Program-made: the position numbers and the translations under genes
Notes under the pieces: model-generated
Seen by the model: only the letters and a program-made list of their open reading frames with translations
What the model was told of the DNA's origin: nothing
Databases searched by the model: none
Assembly (NCBI GenBank): GCA_963824495.1
Contig: CAWGPQ010000005.1
Location: forward strand, 52,033 to 116,032
Direction: 5' to 3'
Origin: an uncultured bacterium
Lineage (GTDB): Bacteria; Babelota; Babeliae; Babelales; Babelaceae
DNA: 64,000 nucleotides
Shown here: in pieces, positions 49,174 through 59,717 of the stretch
Numbering within the stretch: the stretch's first letter is position 1
Layout of the letters: each line of letters starts with the position of its first letter

Positions 49174-50847
49174 TTATCTTCTTGGACGCGAAGTTGAGCG
49201 TGGGCGTATCCGATCACGGCCCCTGCGGTCACCCGATGGGCGCCTGTAACGCTCAGGCTGCTCTTCTTCAACAAGGTGTGCTCGTAACCGTCGACCATAA
49301 AGCGATTCATGAGCAAGGGCGGTTATAAGTTGATGTACAAGCTCTGAGGGCACTTCAATAAAGGTACGGCGTTTAATGATATGAATCTTATGAATTTGGT
49401 CTTCTTGTATCAGTCCGGTCGCCGTTAGGACTTTTACAATATCACTGCGCTGAATATTATCATCAAGGCCTACTGGAATAAAGAGCTCTTGAATGTTTTC
49501 GTTGATTGCATGCTTGTATGAAGGAGCTGGTGCTATATCTTCTTCTTCCATGATGGAAGTTAAGAATTTCTCTTCCAGCATTTTGGCAAATGATTCACGC
49601 AACTGTTGTTCTGATAGCTCTGATACAAGATGCGAAAACGCGGCATGAACGGTAGCAAGATGTGATCCTGTAAGCGTTGTTAAATATAAAGCTGCTTGTT
49701 GTACACGACCCTGAATAATCTCTTCTCTCGATGGTACCGGCAAAGGCTTAATTTCAAGATTAAACTTGCGCTGAATGGCTTGAAGTACACGGAGGTCACT
49801 CTTATTGACAAACGTGATGGCTATCCCTTCTTTTCCTGCTCTGCCTGTACGGCCAATGCGATGGACGTAACTTTCAAGATCTTCCGGTACTGAATAATTT
49901 ATTACGTGGGTTAAGTTTGCGATATCGATACCTCGTGCTGCTACATCAGTTGCGACGACGATGGTGATATCTTTGCTTTTGAATCGTTTGATCATAGCAT
50001 TACGTTGAGATTGGCTCATATCGCCATGAAGAGCACCAACCTGGTAGCCACGTCGTATTAATTGCTCAGCGATTTCGCTTGTCAGGATTTTAGTTTGACA
50101 AAAAATAAATCCATAAAAGTCAGGAGCGCATTCAATAAAGCGACAGAGCGCATTAAGGCGTGAGCGTGCTGGAACAATGCAGTAATACTGCTTAGTAGCG
50201 GGTGTGCCACTAGTTTTCTTGCTCACGCGAACAGAAACCGGTTCATGCATGTGCTCGTGCATAATAGTGTTAATGCCTGGCTTTACGGTGGCTGAAAAAA
50301 GCCAAATTTCCCGCGTAGGAGGAGTATGGTATAAAATATCATCCACTTCTTCTTTAAAGCCCATGTCAAGCATGATGTCAGCTTCGTCAAGCACGAGTGT
50401 TGAAATATGACTAATATCAAGTGTTTTGCGGCGTAAATGGTCATTCAGGCGGCCAGGTGTGCCAACGACAATTTGCGCTCCTCTTTTGAGGGCCCTTAGT
50501 TGGTCTTCCATAGAAACGCCACCATAAATAGGCTCAATAGAAATTCCAAGCGCCTTGGCAAAAGGACGTAAGCTATCGACGATCTGGAGTGCTAGCTCTC
50601 GCGTTGGGGCGACAACAAGACCTTGCGTGATTTTTTGAGAACGATCAATGCGATGCAAAAGAGGAAGGCCAAAGGCCAGGGTCTTGCCAGTGCCTGTTTG
50701 AGCTTGGCCGTGAAAATCAACTTTTTTAGAGCCGAGTAAGATGGGAAGAGACTTGGCTTGAATCTCAGTTGGTTCGGTAAAGCCGAGCGTATCAAGCGTC
50801 TGCTGCACCTCAGGTGCCAAGTTAAAATCTTTAAATGTAGACGTCAT
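49174..50847 (-). CDS. DEAD-box RNA helicase (DeaD/CshA-like, with DbpA-type C-terminal domain)
   Basis: Q motif, AQTGTGKT, PTRELA, DEAD, SAT, ARGID, HRIGRTGR. Confidence 0.95.
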   Translation of the reverse strand: MTSTFKDFNLAPEVQQTLDTLGFTEPTEIQAKSLPILLGSKKVDFHGQAQTGTGKTLAFGLPLLHRIDRSQKITQGLVVAPTRELALQIVDSLRPFAKALGISIEPIYGGVSMEDQLRALKRGAQIVVGTPGRLNDHLRRKTLDISHISTLVLDEADIMLDMGFKEEVDDILYHTPPTREIWLFSATVKPGINTIMHEHMHEPVSVRVSKKTSGTPATKQYYCIVPARSRLNALCRFIECAPDFYGFIFCQTKILTSEIAEQLIRRGYQVGALHGDMSQSQRNAMIKRFKSKDITIVVATDVAARGIDIANLTHVINYSVPEDLESYVHRIGRTGRAGKEGIAITFVNKSDLRVLQAIQRKFNLEIKPLPVPSREEIIQGRVQQAALYLTTLTGSHLATVHAAFSHLVSELSEQQLRESFAKMLEEKFLTSIMEEEDIAPAPSYKHAINENIQELFIPVGLDDNIQRSDIVKVLTATGLIQEDQIHKIHIIKRRTFIEVPSELVHQLITALAHESLYGRRLRAHLVEEEQPERYRRPSGDRRGRDRIRPRSTSRPRR

Positions 50848-51117
50848 ATAATAAATCTCGTATAATAATAAAAGTTAATAAATTATTTGCTATGGTTGTG
50901 ATATTATTTAATTTTAGGATTTTTTTCTAATTTTGTCAAATTATTAATAAAGCCTTAAGTTGTCATAACTCCCTTTATATGATATACTTAAACTGGTATT
51001 TATGAAATATTTAGGCTTAGCAAAAAACCTAATTACCTGTTTAACCATCTTAACCACGATACTAGATAGCCTGTAAGGACCTAGCACGTGCATAAATAAC
51101 TATCGTAGGAGCAATTG

Positions 51118-52962
51118 ATGTCTAAAGAACTACTAAAACCTCATGAATTCAGTAAAGTTGATCCTATTTGGGATGATACAGTACTTGCATTAAATGAGCA
51201 ACAAAAAGAAGAGCTTTCTGCGCTGTATAAGGGAGCTTTAGAGCGTTATAAGCCGGGCAATATCATTACAGGTACCATTATAAAAACAAGCGCAGATGGT
51301 ATGCTCGTCGATATTGATTTTAAGTCGGACGGCTTAATTCCACTCTATGAATTTACTGATCACGAACTTAAAAAGTTAACGCCAGGCTCAAAGATAGAGG
51401 TTATTCTTGATGAGCTTGAGAACCTTGATGGTAACGTTATTCTTTCGTATGAAAAAGCTAAAGCACTCAGAGCATGGGATGCTATTATGAGGCTTTACGA
51501 GGAAGGAAAGCCGGTTGAAGGTACTGTTACCCATAAAGTTAAGGGTGGTCTTAGTATCGACATCGGTATACCTGCATTTTTACCAGGATCTCAGGTTGAT
51601 ATTCAACGGGTAATGGATTTTGATCAATTTGTTGGTCAAGTTATAACTGCCCATATTATTAAAGTTAATCAGAAGCGTGGCAACGTTATTTTATCACGCC
51701 GTAAGTACTTGAACGAACAGCGTTCTGAATCACGTAAGAAGGTACTTGAGCATTTAGAAGTCGGTCAAGTTATTGATGGTATTGTCAAGAACATCACTCC
51801 CTACGGTGTCTTTATCGATATTGGTGGTGTTGATGGTCTCTTACATATTACCGACATGACGTGGGGACGTATTTCTCATCCAAGTGAGCTGATAAGAATT
51901 GGCGAACCCATTACAATTAAAGTACTTTCGTTTGATAAGGTTAATGAGAAGATTTCTCTAGGCCTTAAGCAGCTTGCTGGAAACCCATGGGAACAGCTGA
52001 GTGATGCCATCCAAGCCGGCTTGCGTATTAGTGGTACCATTTCAAGTATTGCTGATTATGGTCTCTTTGTGGAAGTTGCCAAGGGTGTTGAAGGTCTTGT
52101 GCATATTTCAGAAATCTCTTGGACTGATCGTATTACTGACTTACACAAGCATTTTAAAGTTGGTGACGTTATAGATGTAGTAGTTGTTTCTCTTGATAAA
52201 GAGAACCGTCGTATGTCCTTGAGTATTAAGCAAATTGAGAAAAATCCATGGGAAACTATTACGGATCAATTTGTTATTGGCCAACAAATTACGGGTACTA
52301 TCAGCAATATCACTGACTTTGGTGTTTTTGTGCAGCTTGTTCCTGGTGTTGACGGTCTCGTTCACATTTCAGATTTATCATGGACTGAGCACATTAAGCA
52401 TCCTGCTGATATGTTTAAGAAAGGTGACGATGTTACCGCTGTTATCACTGATATTAACAAGCAAAAGAAAAAAATCTCTTTGGGTATCAAGCAACTTACT
52501 GAAAACCCATGGGAGAATATTGAGCAGAAATATCCTGTTGGTTCTACCATTGAGGGAGAGGTATCAAAGATTGCCGACTTTGGCGCCTTTATTAAGCTAC
52601 CAACCGGTATCGAAGGCCTCGTCCATATCTCTGAACTTTCCGGCCAAAATGTCGAAAAAGTAGAAGATATTCTTAAAGTTGGCCAAAAGGCTGAATTTAG
52701 AGTTATAAAAGTAAGCCCTGAAGAGCATAAGCTTGGACTCAGCTTGAAGCCTGAAGCTTCAGCAGAAGATATGGCTAAGCGTGAAGCGCGTGTAGCAAAA
52801 ATCAAAGATCAAGCGCGTGAGCGAACCGCTGAAAAAGCTCCTCGTCGTGAGAAGAAAGAAGAAGCACCAGTTACAACGAGTTCTGGCTCTAAGGTCAAAT
52901 CTCAGCTACAACTTGAACTTGAAAAGCATGCCGCGCGTCGTGCTGATACAGCAGGGAGCTAA
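51118..52962 (+). CDS. rpsA: 30S ribosomal protein S1
   Basis: Six S1 repeats (AFLPGSQVD, GLLHITDMTW, GLVHISEISW...); AGGAG SD. Confidence 0.97.
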   Translation: MSKELLKPHEFSKVDPIWDDTVLALNEQQKEELSALYKGALERYKPGNIITGTIIKTSADGMLVDIDFKSDGLIPLYEFTDHELKKLTPGSKIEVILDELENLDGNVILSYEKAKALRAWDAIMRLYEEGKPVEGTVTHKVKGGLSIDIGIPAFLPGSQVDIQRVMDFDQFVGQVITAHIIKVNQKRGNVILSRRKYLNEQRSESRKKVLEHLEVGQVIDGIVKNITPYGVFIDIGGVDGLLHITDMTWGRISHPSELIRIGEPITIKVLSFDKVNEKISLGLKQLAGNPWEQLSDAIQAGLRISGTISSIADYGLFVEVAKGVEGLVHISEISWTDRITDLHKHFKVGDVIDVVVVSLDKENRRMSLSIKQIEKNPWETITDQFVIGQQITGTISNITDFGVFVQLVPGVDGLVHISDLSWTEHIKHPADMFKKGDDVTAVITDINKQKKKISLGIKQLTENPWENIEQKYPVGSTIEGEVSKIADFGAFIKLPTGIEGLVHISELSGQNVEKVEDILKVGQKAEFRVIKVSPEEHKLGLSLKPEASAEDMAKREARVAKIKDQARERTAEKAPRREKKEEAPVTTSSGSKVKSQLQLELEKHAARRADTAGS

Positions 52963-52971
52963 TAGAGAGCA

Positions 52972-53379
52972 ATGACAGAAAGAACATTTGCTATTATCAA
53001 GCCTGATGCTATTATAGCGTTACAAAGTGGCGATATTATATCAATCATAGAATACAACAAGTTTACTATTATACGTTTGGTAAAAGTACGCTTGACGCGT
53101 GAACAGGCTGAGCGATTCTATGCTGTGCATAGTCAGCGTTCGTTTTATAACGAGCTCGTTGATTACATGTCCTCGGGACCTCTTATTATTATGGTGCTTG
53201 AAAAAGAAAACGCTATTCAAGATTGGCGTGAACTTATGGGTGCAACAAATCCAGCTCAGGCACGTATTGGAACACTACGCTACATGTTTGGTACGAGTAT
53301 TGGCAATAATGCAGTACATGGATCAGATAGTCCAACAACAGCTGAACAAGAGATTAAATTCTTTTTTCCAGAACTTTAA
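52972..53379 (+). CDS. ndk: Nucleoside diphosphate kinase (cytoplasmic)
   Basis: ERTFAIIKPDA, GATNP, NAVHGSDS. Confidence 0.97.
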   Translation: MTERTFAIIKPDAIIALQSGDIISIIEYNKFTIIRLVKVRLTREQAERFYAVHSQRSFYNELVDYMSSGPLIIMVLEKENAIQDWRELMGATNPAQARIGTLRYMFGTSIGNNAVHGSDSPTTAEQEIKFFFPEL

Positions 53380-53401
53380 CTCTTATAGTACATGAAAAAT
53401 T

Positions 53402-53432
53402 GGCAGGGAAATGCTTAGCATTCCCTGTCTTT
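53402..53432 (+). terminator. Intrinsic terminator after rpsA-ndk
   Basis: GGCAGGGAA(A)TGC-TTA-GCATTCCCTGTC followed by TTT. Confidence 0.6.
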
Positions 53433-53547
53433 AGTGTTTACTTTTGCAAAAGCGTGATAATTTTTTGATATTGGGCAATATCATTATGAAGCGCTGTCGC
53501 TTGACTTTGGGCAAGAAGAGGTGGCTCTTGCTCCTATCAAATAAAAA

Positions 53548-54159
53548 CTAGAAACTTTTAGCAACTGCTTTAAATTCAACCGGCTCTTTGCTTTCAAGAT
53601 CAAAAATGGTTACGGTAAAGTTCTCTCTAAAAAACTCATTGGGTATAAATAAAAGGCCATTAAGTGCCGTATAAGGCGAAATTATTTGTTCTTTAGCGCC
53701 CTTAGAGGCAAAGTCTGCATCAAGTTGATCATTGGCTTTTGCTGATCCAACGCCATCTATAATGGCTGGGATAATAAACGGCCACATAAAGAGTCCCGCA
53801 ACACCATAAGCTGTTGCTCGCCCTACGGTAGAAGTATGAACTTTATCAGCTACCTCAGTTGCCGGGACACAGGGTAAGCTAATCCCATTTGCCGAGAATG
53901 AATAATAGCGTGGCGAATTATTATGAAGTGTGATTTGAACAGGTTGATAGCCTTCGCTAATAACATCTCTATCTAAATATTTAATACAGTCATCTTTGGT
54001 AAAGCGTCTGCAAGCAAAAGTAACGTTGCGTATCTCTTCGAAGTAGGGAGCTATTGGTTGAGAGAGTTTATACAAAGGGCGAGCGTGATAGCTAGCACAT
54101 CCAGGTAAACCAAGCAAGCATAGAGCAAGGCAACTGGCAAGGCATGTATGCGTATTCAT
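53548..54159 (-). CDS. Hypothetical lipoprotein
   Basis: Lipobox LPGC after a hydrophobic stretch; internal Gly-rich hydrophobic segment. Confidence 0.7.
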   Translation of the reverse strand: MNTHTCLASCLALCLLGLPGCASYHARPLYKLSQPIAPYFEEIRNVTFACRRFTKDDCIKYLDRDVISEGYQPVQITLHNNSPRYYSFSANGISLPCVPATEVADKVHTSTVGRATAYGVAGLFMWPFIIPAIIDGVGSAKANDQLDADFASKGAKEQIISPYTALNGLLFIPNEFFRENFTVTIFDLESKEPVEFKAVAKSF

Positions 54160-54353
54160 GATGAAATACCTTCTTATGATGAGAGTTATTTATGAGTAAA
54201 CAATAAGCAATTATAACAGAAAAAAATGCTTGCATCTAATGGGTTTATTTTTTTAAAATAGTTTCAGTTATAAATTACATCGTAATAGTATATGTATAGT
54301 CACATGTGCTATACTAATTAAGCTGGGATTAACGTGAACCGGTTGGAGTTATC

Positions 54354-54653
54354 ATGCCTGAAGACATAAGTACTGCCTATAAAGATAAGCTTTTGCATGT
54401 TCTTGTGCGTCATTTTCCCGATGCAAAAATTTATCTTTTTGGGTCATGTGCAGCAGGAAGAAGTCAACAGGGATCTGACATCGATATCGCCGTGGATGCA
54501 GGACATAAGCTTGAATTTGATCAGTTTGCGGATGCACGCATTGCTATAGATGATCTTAATATTCCGCTTATGGTAGATCTTGTCGATCTCAACAGGGTTC
54601 CACAACCCATGAAAAGCAACATCCTTAAGGAAGAAATAATATGGAAGCATTGA
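54354..54653 (+). CDS. Minimal nucleotidyltransferase (MNT/MntA-type antitoxin)
   Basis: LFGS-X10-DID motif, VDLVDL; about 100 aa. Confidence 0.85.
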   Translation: MPEDISTAYKDKLLHVLVRHFPDAKIYLFGSCAAGRSQQGSDIDIAVDAGHKLEFDQFADARIAIDDLNIPLMVDLVDLNRVPQPMKSNILKEEIIWKH

Positions 54654-54905
54654 AAGAACCGTATAGTGTTCTTTGCAGGGCATTGGCAAGTCTACGTCGT
54701 ATACTTGATGTTACCAAGAGAAAGAATTTCGAAGACCCTGAGCACAGCTGACAAGCTTTTACGCATAGTTGATGCTCGAAATGAAACTTCTCATGCTTAT
54801 AATGAATGCTTTGCGGAAGAACTATCAGAGAGGATACCCGATTATTACGAACTTATGCTGGCAATAGCTCAAAGAGCGGAAAAACGAACTCAAAAAGCAA
54901 ATTAA
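54641..54905 (+). pseudogene. HEPN toxin (HI0074-like nucleotidyltransferase substrate-binding protein), internally deleted/frameshifted
   Basis: ATG at 54641 overlapping the MNT end reads MEALKEPYSVLCRALASLRRIL...EHS then stop. Another frame carries RNETSHAY (RX4H). The central part expected for the family is missing. Confidence 0.7.
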
Positions 54906-54922
54906 TTTAAGAATAGTTAGAA

Positions 54923-54952
54923 AAGGGAAAGAAAAATAATGTTCTTTCCCTT
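54923..54952. terminator. Bidirectional terminator-like hairpin
   Basis: AAGGGAAAGAA-N8-TTCTTTCCCTT between convergent genes. Confidence 0.55.
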
Positions 54953-54960
54953 AGTTGAGC

Positions 54961-55473
54961 TCAAAGATCAGGGAAAAATAATTTGAGTTCGCGTGTTGCT
55001 GTTTCAGGCGAGTCTGAGCCATGTACGGCGTTTTTGGTGATATCAGTGCCAAACATGTAGCGCAATGTTCCAATATTAGCTTGAGCAGGACGCGTAGCCC
55101 CCATTAACGTGCGCCAGTCTTGAATAGCATTCTCTTTTTCGAGCGCAATAGCAACAACAGGGCCTGACGTCATGTAATCAACAAGCTCGTTAAAGAAGGG
55201 TTTGCTTTTGTGTATATCGTAAAATCGTTCAGCTTGCTTGCGTGTTAAGCGTAGCATGTGAAGGCCAATAATTTTAAACTTGTTACGCTCTATAAGAGAT
55301 ACGATTTCACCAACGTGTGATTCTTCAACTGCTTCTGGTTTTATTATTCCAAGCGTCCGTTCAGCTTTTGGTTGGCAGGATTGTTGTTTAACTTCTGTTA
55401 AATTTGTGGAGCACCGTGCGCTTGCAGTAACTAAGCCAAGCGTGAGCGTGAATGCAAGAGAGAGTTTGTTCAT
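54961..55473 (-). CDS. ndk: Second nucleoside diphosphate kinase with N-terminal signal peptide
   Basis: MNKLSLAFTLTLGLVTASARC then ERTLGIIKPEA...NAVHGSDS; AAGGAG SD. Confidence 0.9.
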   Translation of the reverse strand: MNKLSLAFTLTLGLVTASARCSTNLTEVKQQSCQPKAERTLGIIKPEAVEESHVGEIVSLIERNKFKIIGLHMLRLTRKQAERFYDIHKSKPFFNELVDYMTSGPVVAIALEKENAIQDWRTLMGATRPAQANIGTLRYMFGTDITKNAVHGSDSPETATRELKLFFPDL

Positions 55474-55512
55474 AAGTGTTCTCCTTCTCTTTGAAAATTA
55501 AATATCTAAAAA

Positions 55513-56502
55513 TTAAATACCTGTTTCGCTAAAGAGCCTTTTTATAGTAGTAAGCGAACTAATCATACTACTTGCTTCATAAGGCACTACAACGAGCTTG
55601 GTATCTTTGCCCTCAGTAAGTTGAGGGAGTGTTTTAATATATTGCTGAGCAATAAGATATGCTGCCGGATCGCTTCCTGCAAGAGCCTGTTTAATATACT
55701 CTAACGCTTGCGCTTCCGCTTGTGCAATCTTTAAACGAGCTTCTGCTTCACCTTCAGCGTTAATAGTTCGAGCTTCTGCAGCACCTCGAGCAGCTAGTAC
55801 ACTTGACTCACGTGCACCTTCAGCCTGAAGAATAGCTGCTTGCTTTGCACCCTCAGCTTCTAAAATAATAGCACGACGGTCACGCTCAGCGCGCATTTGT
55901 TTTTCCATGGCATGACGAATATCTGCCGGAGGGTTTACTTCTTGAAGCTCTACGCGATTGATTTTAACACCCCATTTATCACTTGCTTCATCTAAAATAA
56001 TGCGAAGCTTGTTGTTAATAAGATCACGTGATACAAGACTTTCATCAAGATCCATAGAGCCGATAACATTACGCAAAGTAGTTTGAGCAAGCTTTTCTAT
56101 TGCTTCAGATAAATTAAACACTTCGTAGACGGCAGCCCGCGGATCGGTAATCTGATAATAAACAAGTGCATTGATCTCCATGGTAACGTTATCTTTCGTG
56201 ATAACATTTTGCTTAGGAAAATCGTAAACGGCTTCGCGCAAGTCTATGCGTTCGCTAATGCGGGTAAATCGATGGTAGCGCTTATTGTCGACTTCTTTAA
56301 AGTAACTCCATGCTATCGATCGAGGTGTTTCGATAAATGGCATGACAAAATGAATACCTGGTCCGAGTGTGCGTGAATAGCGACCGAGGCGTTCAACAAT
56401 AATTGCTTCAGCCTGCTGCACAAGATAGACCGCTCTGAGCATAACTAATGCTGCAATAACAGAGATTGCGGTAAGTATAATAACGCCAATGGTGAGTATC
56501 AT
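55513..56502 (-). CDS. SPFH/Band 7/stomatin-like protein (QmcA-like)
   Basis: N-terminal TM, VERLGRY, VITKDNV, TTLRNVIG, QMRAERDRRA. Confidence 0.93.
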   Translation of the reverse strand: MILTIGVIILTAISVIAALVMLRAVYLVQQAEAIIVERLGRYSRTLGPGIHFVMPFIETPRSIAWSYFKEVDNKRYHRFTRISERIDLREAVYDFPKQNVITKDNVTMEINALVYYQITDPRAAVYEVFNLSEAIEKLAQTTLRNVIGSMDLDESLVSRDLINNKLRIILDEASDKWGVKINRVELQEVNPPADIRHAMEKQMRAERDRRAIILEAEGAKQAAILQAEGARESSVLAARGAAEARTINAEGEAEARLKIAQAEAQALEYIKQALAGSDPAAYLIAQQYIKTLPQLTEGKDTKLVVVPYEASSMISSLTTIKRLFSETGI

Positions 56503-56521
56503 GATAGACCTCTATAAGTTA

Positions 56522-56971
56522 TTAAGTATATTTTTGTTCTTGCCGCCTTACGGTAACATGACAACCAGCGATTGCTTGTATTTCTACAATCTGTCCTACA
56601 TCTACCTTTTCGTTATGAAGCTCACGAGCAAGCCATAGTTGACCGTTAATTTTAACCCTGCCAGGTTCAGCAATGCCTCCCAAGGGCTCAACAACAATGG
56701 CTTGTTTGCCAATTAAAGCATCAGTATTAGTTTTAAAATCTTGCTGTAGCGCTTGCTTACGCACCCACGAGCGCAAGGGTACAAACATGCTACTCGACCA
56801 GATTAAGAATACGAGAAGCTGACAAAAGAGGCTATGGTTGAGTGAGCTTGCTGAGGCTGCTGCAAGTGCTCCTGCTGCAAATGACAAAAAAAATAAAAGA
56901 CCAGGACTGCTTAATTCAGTGATGACAAGAATAAGAGCTAAAAATAACCATATAAGTGTATACTCATGCAT
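56522..56971 (-). CDS. NfeD-like membrane protein (YbbJ-type)
   Basis: TM helices, then LIGKQAIV...GRVKINGQLWLAR OB-fold; canonical partner of SPFH. Confidence 0.88.
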   Translation of the reverse strand: MHEYTLIWLFLALILVITELSSPGLLFFLSFAAGALAAASASSLNHSLFCQLLVFLIWSSSMFVPLRSWVRKQALQQDFKTNTDALIGKQAIVVEPLGGIAEPGRVKINGQLWLARELHNEKVDVGQIVEIQAIAGCHVTVRRQEQKYT

Positions 56972-57073
56972 GGGCGAATTCCCCAACAGAAAATTATTTA
57001 TAAATCAGTATATCTACTTATTTTATAAAAGCAAGACTAGTACACAATAAGTTGCCTGGATACTGAGTAGTTC

Positions 57074-58954
57074 TTAGTGGTTGGGCATGTTCTTAACTGT
57101 CTGAATTATCGCTGCTGCATCAATACGCTCGTAGTGCATAAGCTCTTCTGGCTTACCTGATCGTGGAAGTTTAGTAACAGCAAGACACTCAATGGTTATA
57201 TCGTTATTACGTAATGCATAGGTTACCGCTTCCCCTAGACCCCCCTGGAGATAATGATCTTCGACCGTTATAACGCGTTTTCCGGCTGCCAGCGCTGTAG
57301 TGACAAGCGTTGATGTATTAAGTGGTTTTATACAATAGCAATCAATAATAGAAATAAAAATACCCTCTTGAGCAAGCTGCGCATGAGCTTTAAGTGCTTC
57401 AAAAAGCGTAATGCCTGCAGCAATAATGCATACGCTATCTTGAGGGCTTTGCTTGAGCACAGTACAGCCACCAATAGTAAATAGCTGCGTTGGGCCATAG
57501 ACACTAGGAGTTCTACCACGTGTTGTGCGTAAATAGCTTATGCCAGAGTTATAATTTGCCATAAGTTCTACGAGCTTGTACGTGCTCATAGCATCGCAGG
57601 GATAGAGTACTATTGAGTCTGGTAGATCACGCATAAGTGCTATGTCTTCAAGGCCCATCTGTGAAGGTCCATCTTCACCAATCGATACACCTGCATGAGA
57701 GCCGACAAGACGAAGTGGTGATCGGCTAATGGCAGCCATACGTATTTGATCATGTGCACGTGTCATAAAAGCAGCAAATGTTGAAATAAAAGGTATTTTG
57801 CCTTGTGCCGCAAGCCCGACACCCATACCAACCATATTTTGCTCAGCAACAAAGCATTGAAAGAAACGTTCAGGAAATTTTTTTTCGAAAATATCAGCAA
57901 ATGTTGAATTTTTTACTTCTGCATCCAAACTGACAACGTTAGGCGAAACTTCGCCCAGAGCAGCTAAAGCCTCTCCATAGGCTTTGCGCGTAGCCTCTTC
58001 TTGATCAATACTAGCTGACAATTGATCAAAGGGAAGTTTGAGTAAGGGATATACATGGGGCTTAACAGCGTCTCGGTTGATAGGAAAAGCATGGTGTAGA
58101 TGATGTTCTGGTAAGCTTGTTTCCGACTCATGAGGAAAGCGCTCTTCAAGCTCCCGAATAAGATGGGGTAATTCATCTAGAGACATAGCTTTTCCGTGAT
58201 AGTCTTCTTTGTTTTCTACGTTACGCAGTCCGTAGCCCTTAATGGTTTTTGCTATAATAACTACTGGTTGATTTTGTGTTGCACGAGCTGCATCGAGAGC
58301 ATGAACAATTTCGGTCATATCATGGCCATTAATAGCAAGTGCTTTCCATCCAAATGCTTCAAATTTTACTTTATAGCGTTCAAGATCATGCCCCTCTATG
58401 GTTGCGGTGCTTTGACCCAGACGGTTGACGTCAATAATACCAATAAGATTATCAAGGTTATAATACGCAGAAATTTCTGCTGCCTCCCAGACTGAGCCTT
58501 CTGTTGTTTCACTATCTCCCATAAGGACGTAGGTACGGAAATCATAGGTATCAAGTCGCGCGCTCAGGGCCATACCCGCACCAATAGATAGGCCTTGACC
58601 TAGCGAGCCAGTTGCTACTTTTACATAACTAAAGCGTGGCGTTGGGTGTCCCTCAAGCACCGAATTGAACTGGCGTAACGTAAGTATATCCTGATTGGTA
58701 AGTACGCCTGCAGCCTGCCAGGCAGCATATAAAAGAGGCGCAGCGTGACCTTTGGACAAGATAAATTGATCATTTTCTGGATTATCTGGATTATAAGGAT
58801 CGTACTTCATTGCATAAAAAAAGAGGGCAGCTACAAGGTCTGCTGCCGATAGGCATGACGTTAGATGCCCCGACCCAGCATACGTAGTTGCCTTTAAGCA
58901 TGCCAAACGCATCATATATGCTTTATGTTTCAAAAGCGAAATCACCGAATTCAT
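57074..58954 (-). CDS. tkt: Transketolase
   Basis: GSGH, LSKGHA, LEGHPTP, TGSLGQG, GDSE..EG, AEQNM, GEDGPSQM. Confidence 0.95.
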   Translation of the reverse strand: MNSVISLLKHKAYMMRLACLKATTYAGSGHLTSCLSAADLVAALFFYAMKYDPYNPDNPENDQFILSKGHAAPLLYAAWQAAGVLTNQDILTLRQFNSVLEGHPTPRFSYVKVATGSLGQGLSIGAGMALSARLDTYDFRTYVLMGDSETTEGSVWEAAEISAYYNLDNLIGIIDVNRLGQSTATIEGHDLERYKVKFEAFGWKALAINGHDMTEIVHALDAARATQNQPVVIIAKTIKGYGLRNVENKEDYHGKAMSLDELPHLIRELEERFPHESETSLPEHHLHHAFPINRDAVKPHVYPLLKLPFDQLSASIDQEEATRKAYGEALAALGEVSPNVVSLDAEVKNSTFADIFEKKFPERFFQCFVAEQNMVGMGVGLAAQGKIPFISTFAAFMTRAHDQIRMAAISRSPLRLVGSHAGVSIGEDGPSQMGLEDIALMRDLPDSIVLYPCDAMSTYKLVELMANYNSGISYLRTTRGRTPSVYGPTQLFTIGGCTVLKQSPQDSVCIIAAGITLFEALKAHAQLAQEGIFISIIDCYCIKPLNTSTLVTTALAAGKRVITVEDHYLQGGLGEAVTYALRNNDITIECLAVTKLPRSGKPEELMHYERIDAAAIIQTVKNMPNH

Positions 58955-59038
58955 AGCTACACCTTCTTACTACTCCATAAGCTTACTATATAAGCTTGTT
59001 CCATAAGCACTCTACTCACTACCCTAGCGTTTTTGAAC

Positions 59039-59069
59039 AAAAAAAGAAAGGGACAGAAAGTCCCTTTCT
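59039..59069 (-). terminator. Intrinsic terminator (minus strand)
   Basis: AGAAAGGGAC-N5-GTCCCTTTCT preceded by an A run on the + strand (U tract on the - strand). Confidence 0.7.
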
Positions 59070-59119
59070 AGTACGTAAGCAGTCCGGATCTGTGCTAACT
59101 GTTAGTGATTAGTTAGCGA

Positions 59120-59530
59120 TTAGTCAGTGTCAAGATCTTCGAATGTTTCATCCTCAAAGTTAAATGAGCTGCCCAATTCCGTATCGTCAAAATCAAGATC
59201 GGGTGCCTCAAGCTCTTCCGATGTTATTTCTGGTGTTGTTTCTGGTTGTTCTTGGGTGTATACCGTTTCGTAGTCAGGGTATGGAGCTTCCGGGGCAACA
59301 GCTCCTGGAACTGCCTGCGCTACCGGTTCTGGTATTACTGCTTGAATGGGAGCAGGTGTTGCAGCCGTTACGCCTCCGATAACAGTTTTGGTTGCTTGTG
59401 TTGCTGCTTGTGTTGCACCCTGGGCTGCGCCCGCGATAGTCTCTCCGATTGCTTGTAAAGGACCTTCTGACCGCAGATTTATAGATGCAAAGCACAGTAA
59501 AACGAGCGGTACATAGAATAGGTTCTTCAT
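59120..59530 (-). CDS. Secreted low-complexity protein with acidic C-terminus
   Basis: AAGGAG SD; signal peptide; Ala/Thr/Pro-rich middle; D/E-rich tail. Confidence 0.7.
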   Translation of the reverse strand: MKNLFYVPLVLLCFASINLRSEGPLQAIGETIAGAAQGATQAATQATKTVIGGVTAATPAPIQAVIPEPVAQAVPGAVAPEAPYPDYETVYTQEQPETTPEITSEELEAPDLDFDDTELGSSFNFEDETFEDLDTD

Positions 59531-59717
59531 GGTTTCTCCTTGAAAAAGGGGTTATGAAATATATGCATGTGTTCAAGCATACACATAATCAGCGTTCGAC
59601 GTGAAGTTTTACTACTATCAACTCTGTTTATCACAAAACTTATTTTAATGTTACTATTTTTTATATATACTATAGTTTTCATACCATTAATATACTACAA
59701 AAATTAATTTTTGAAAA

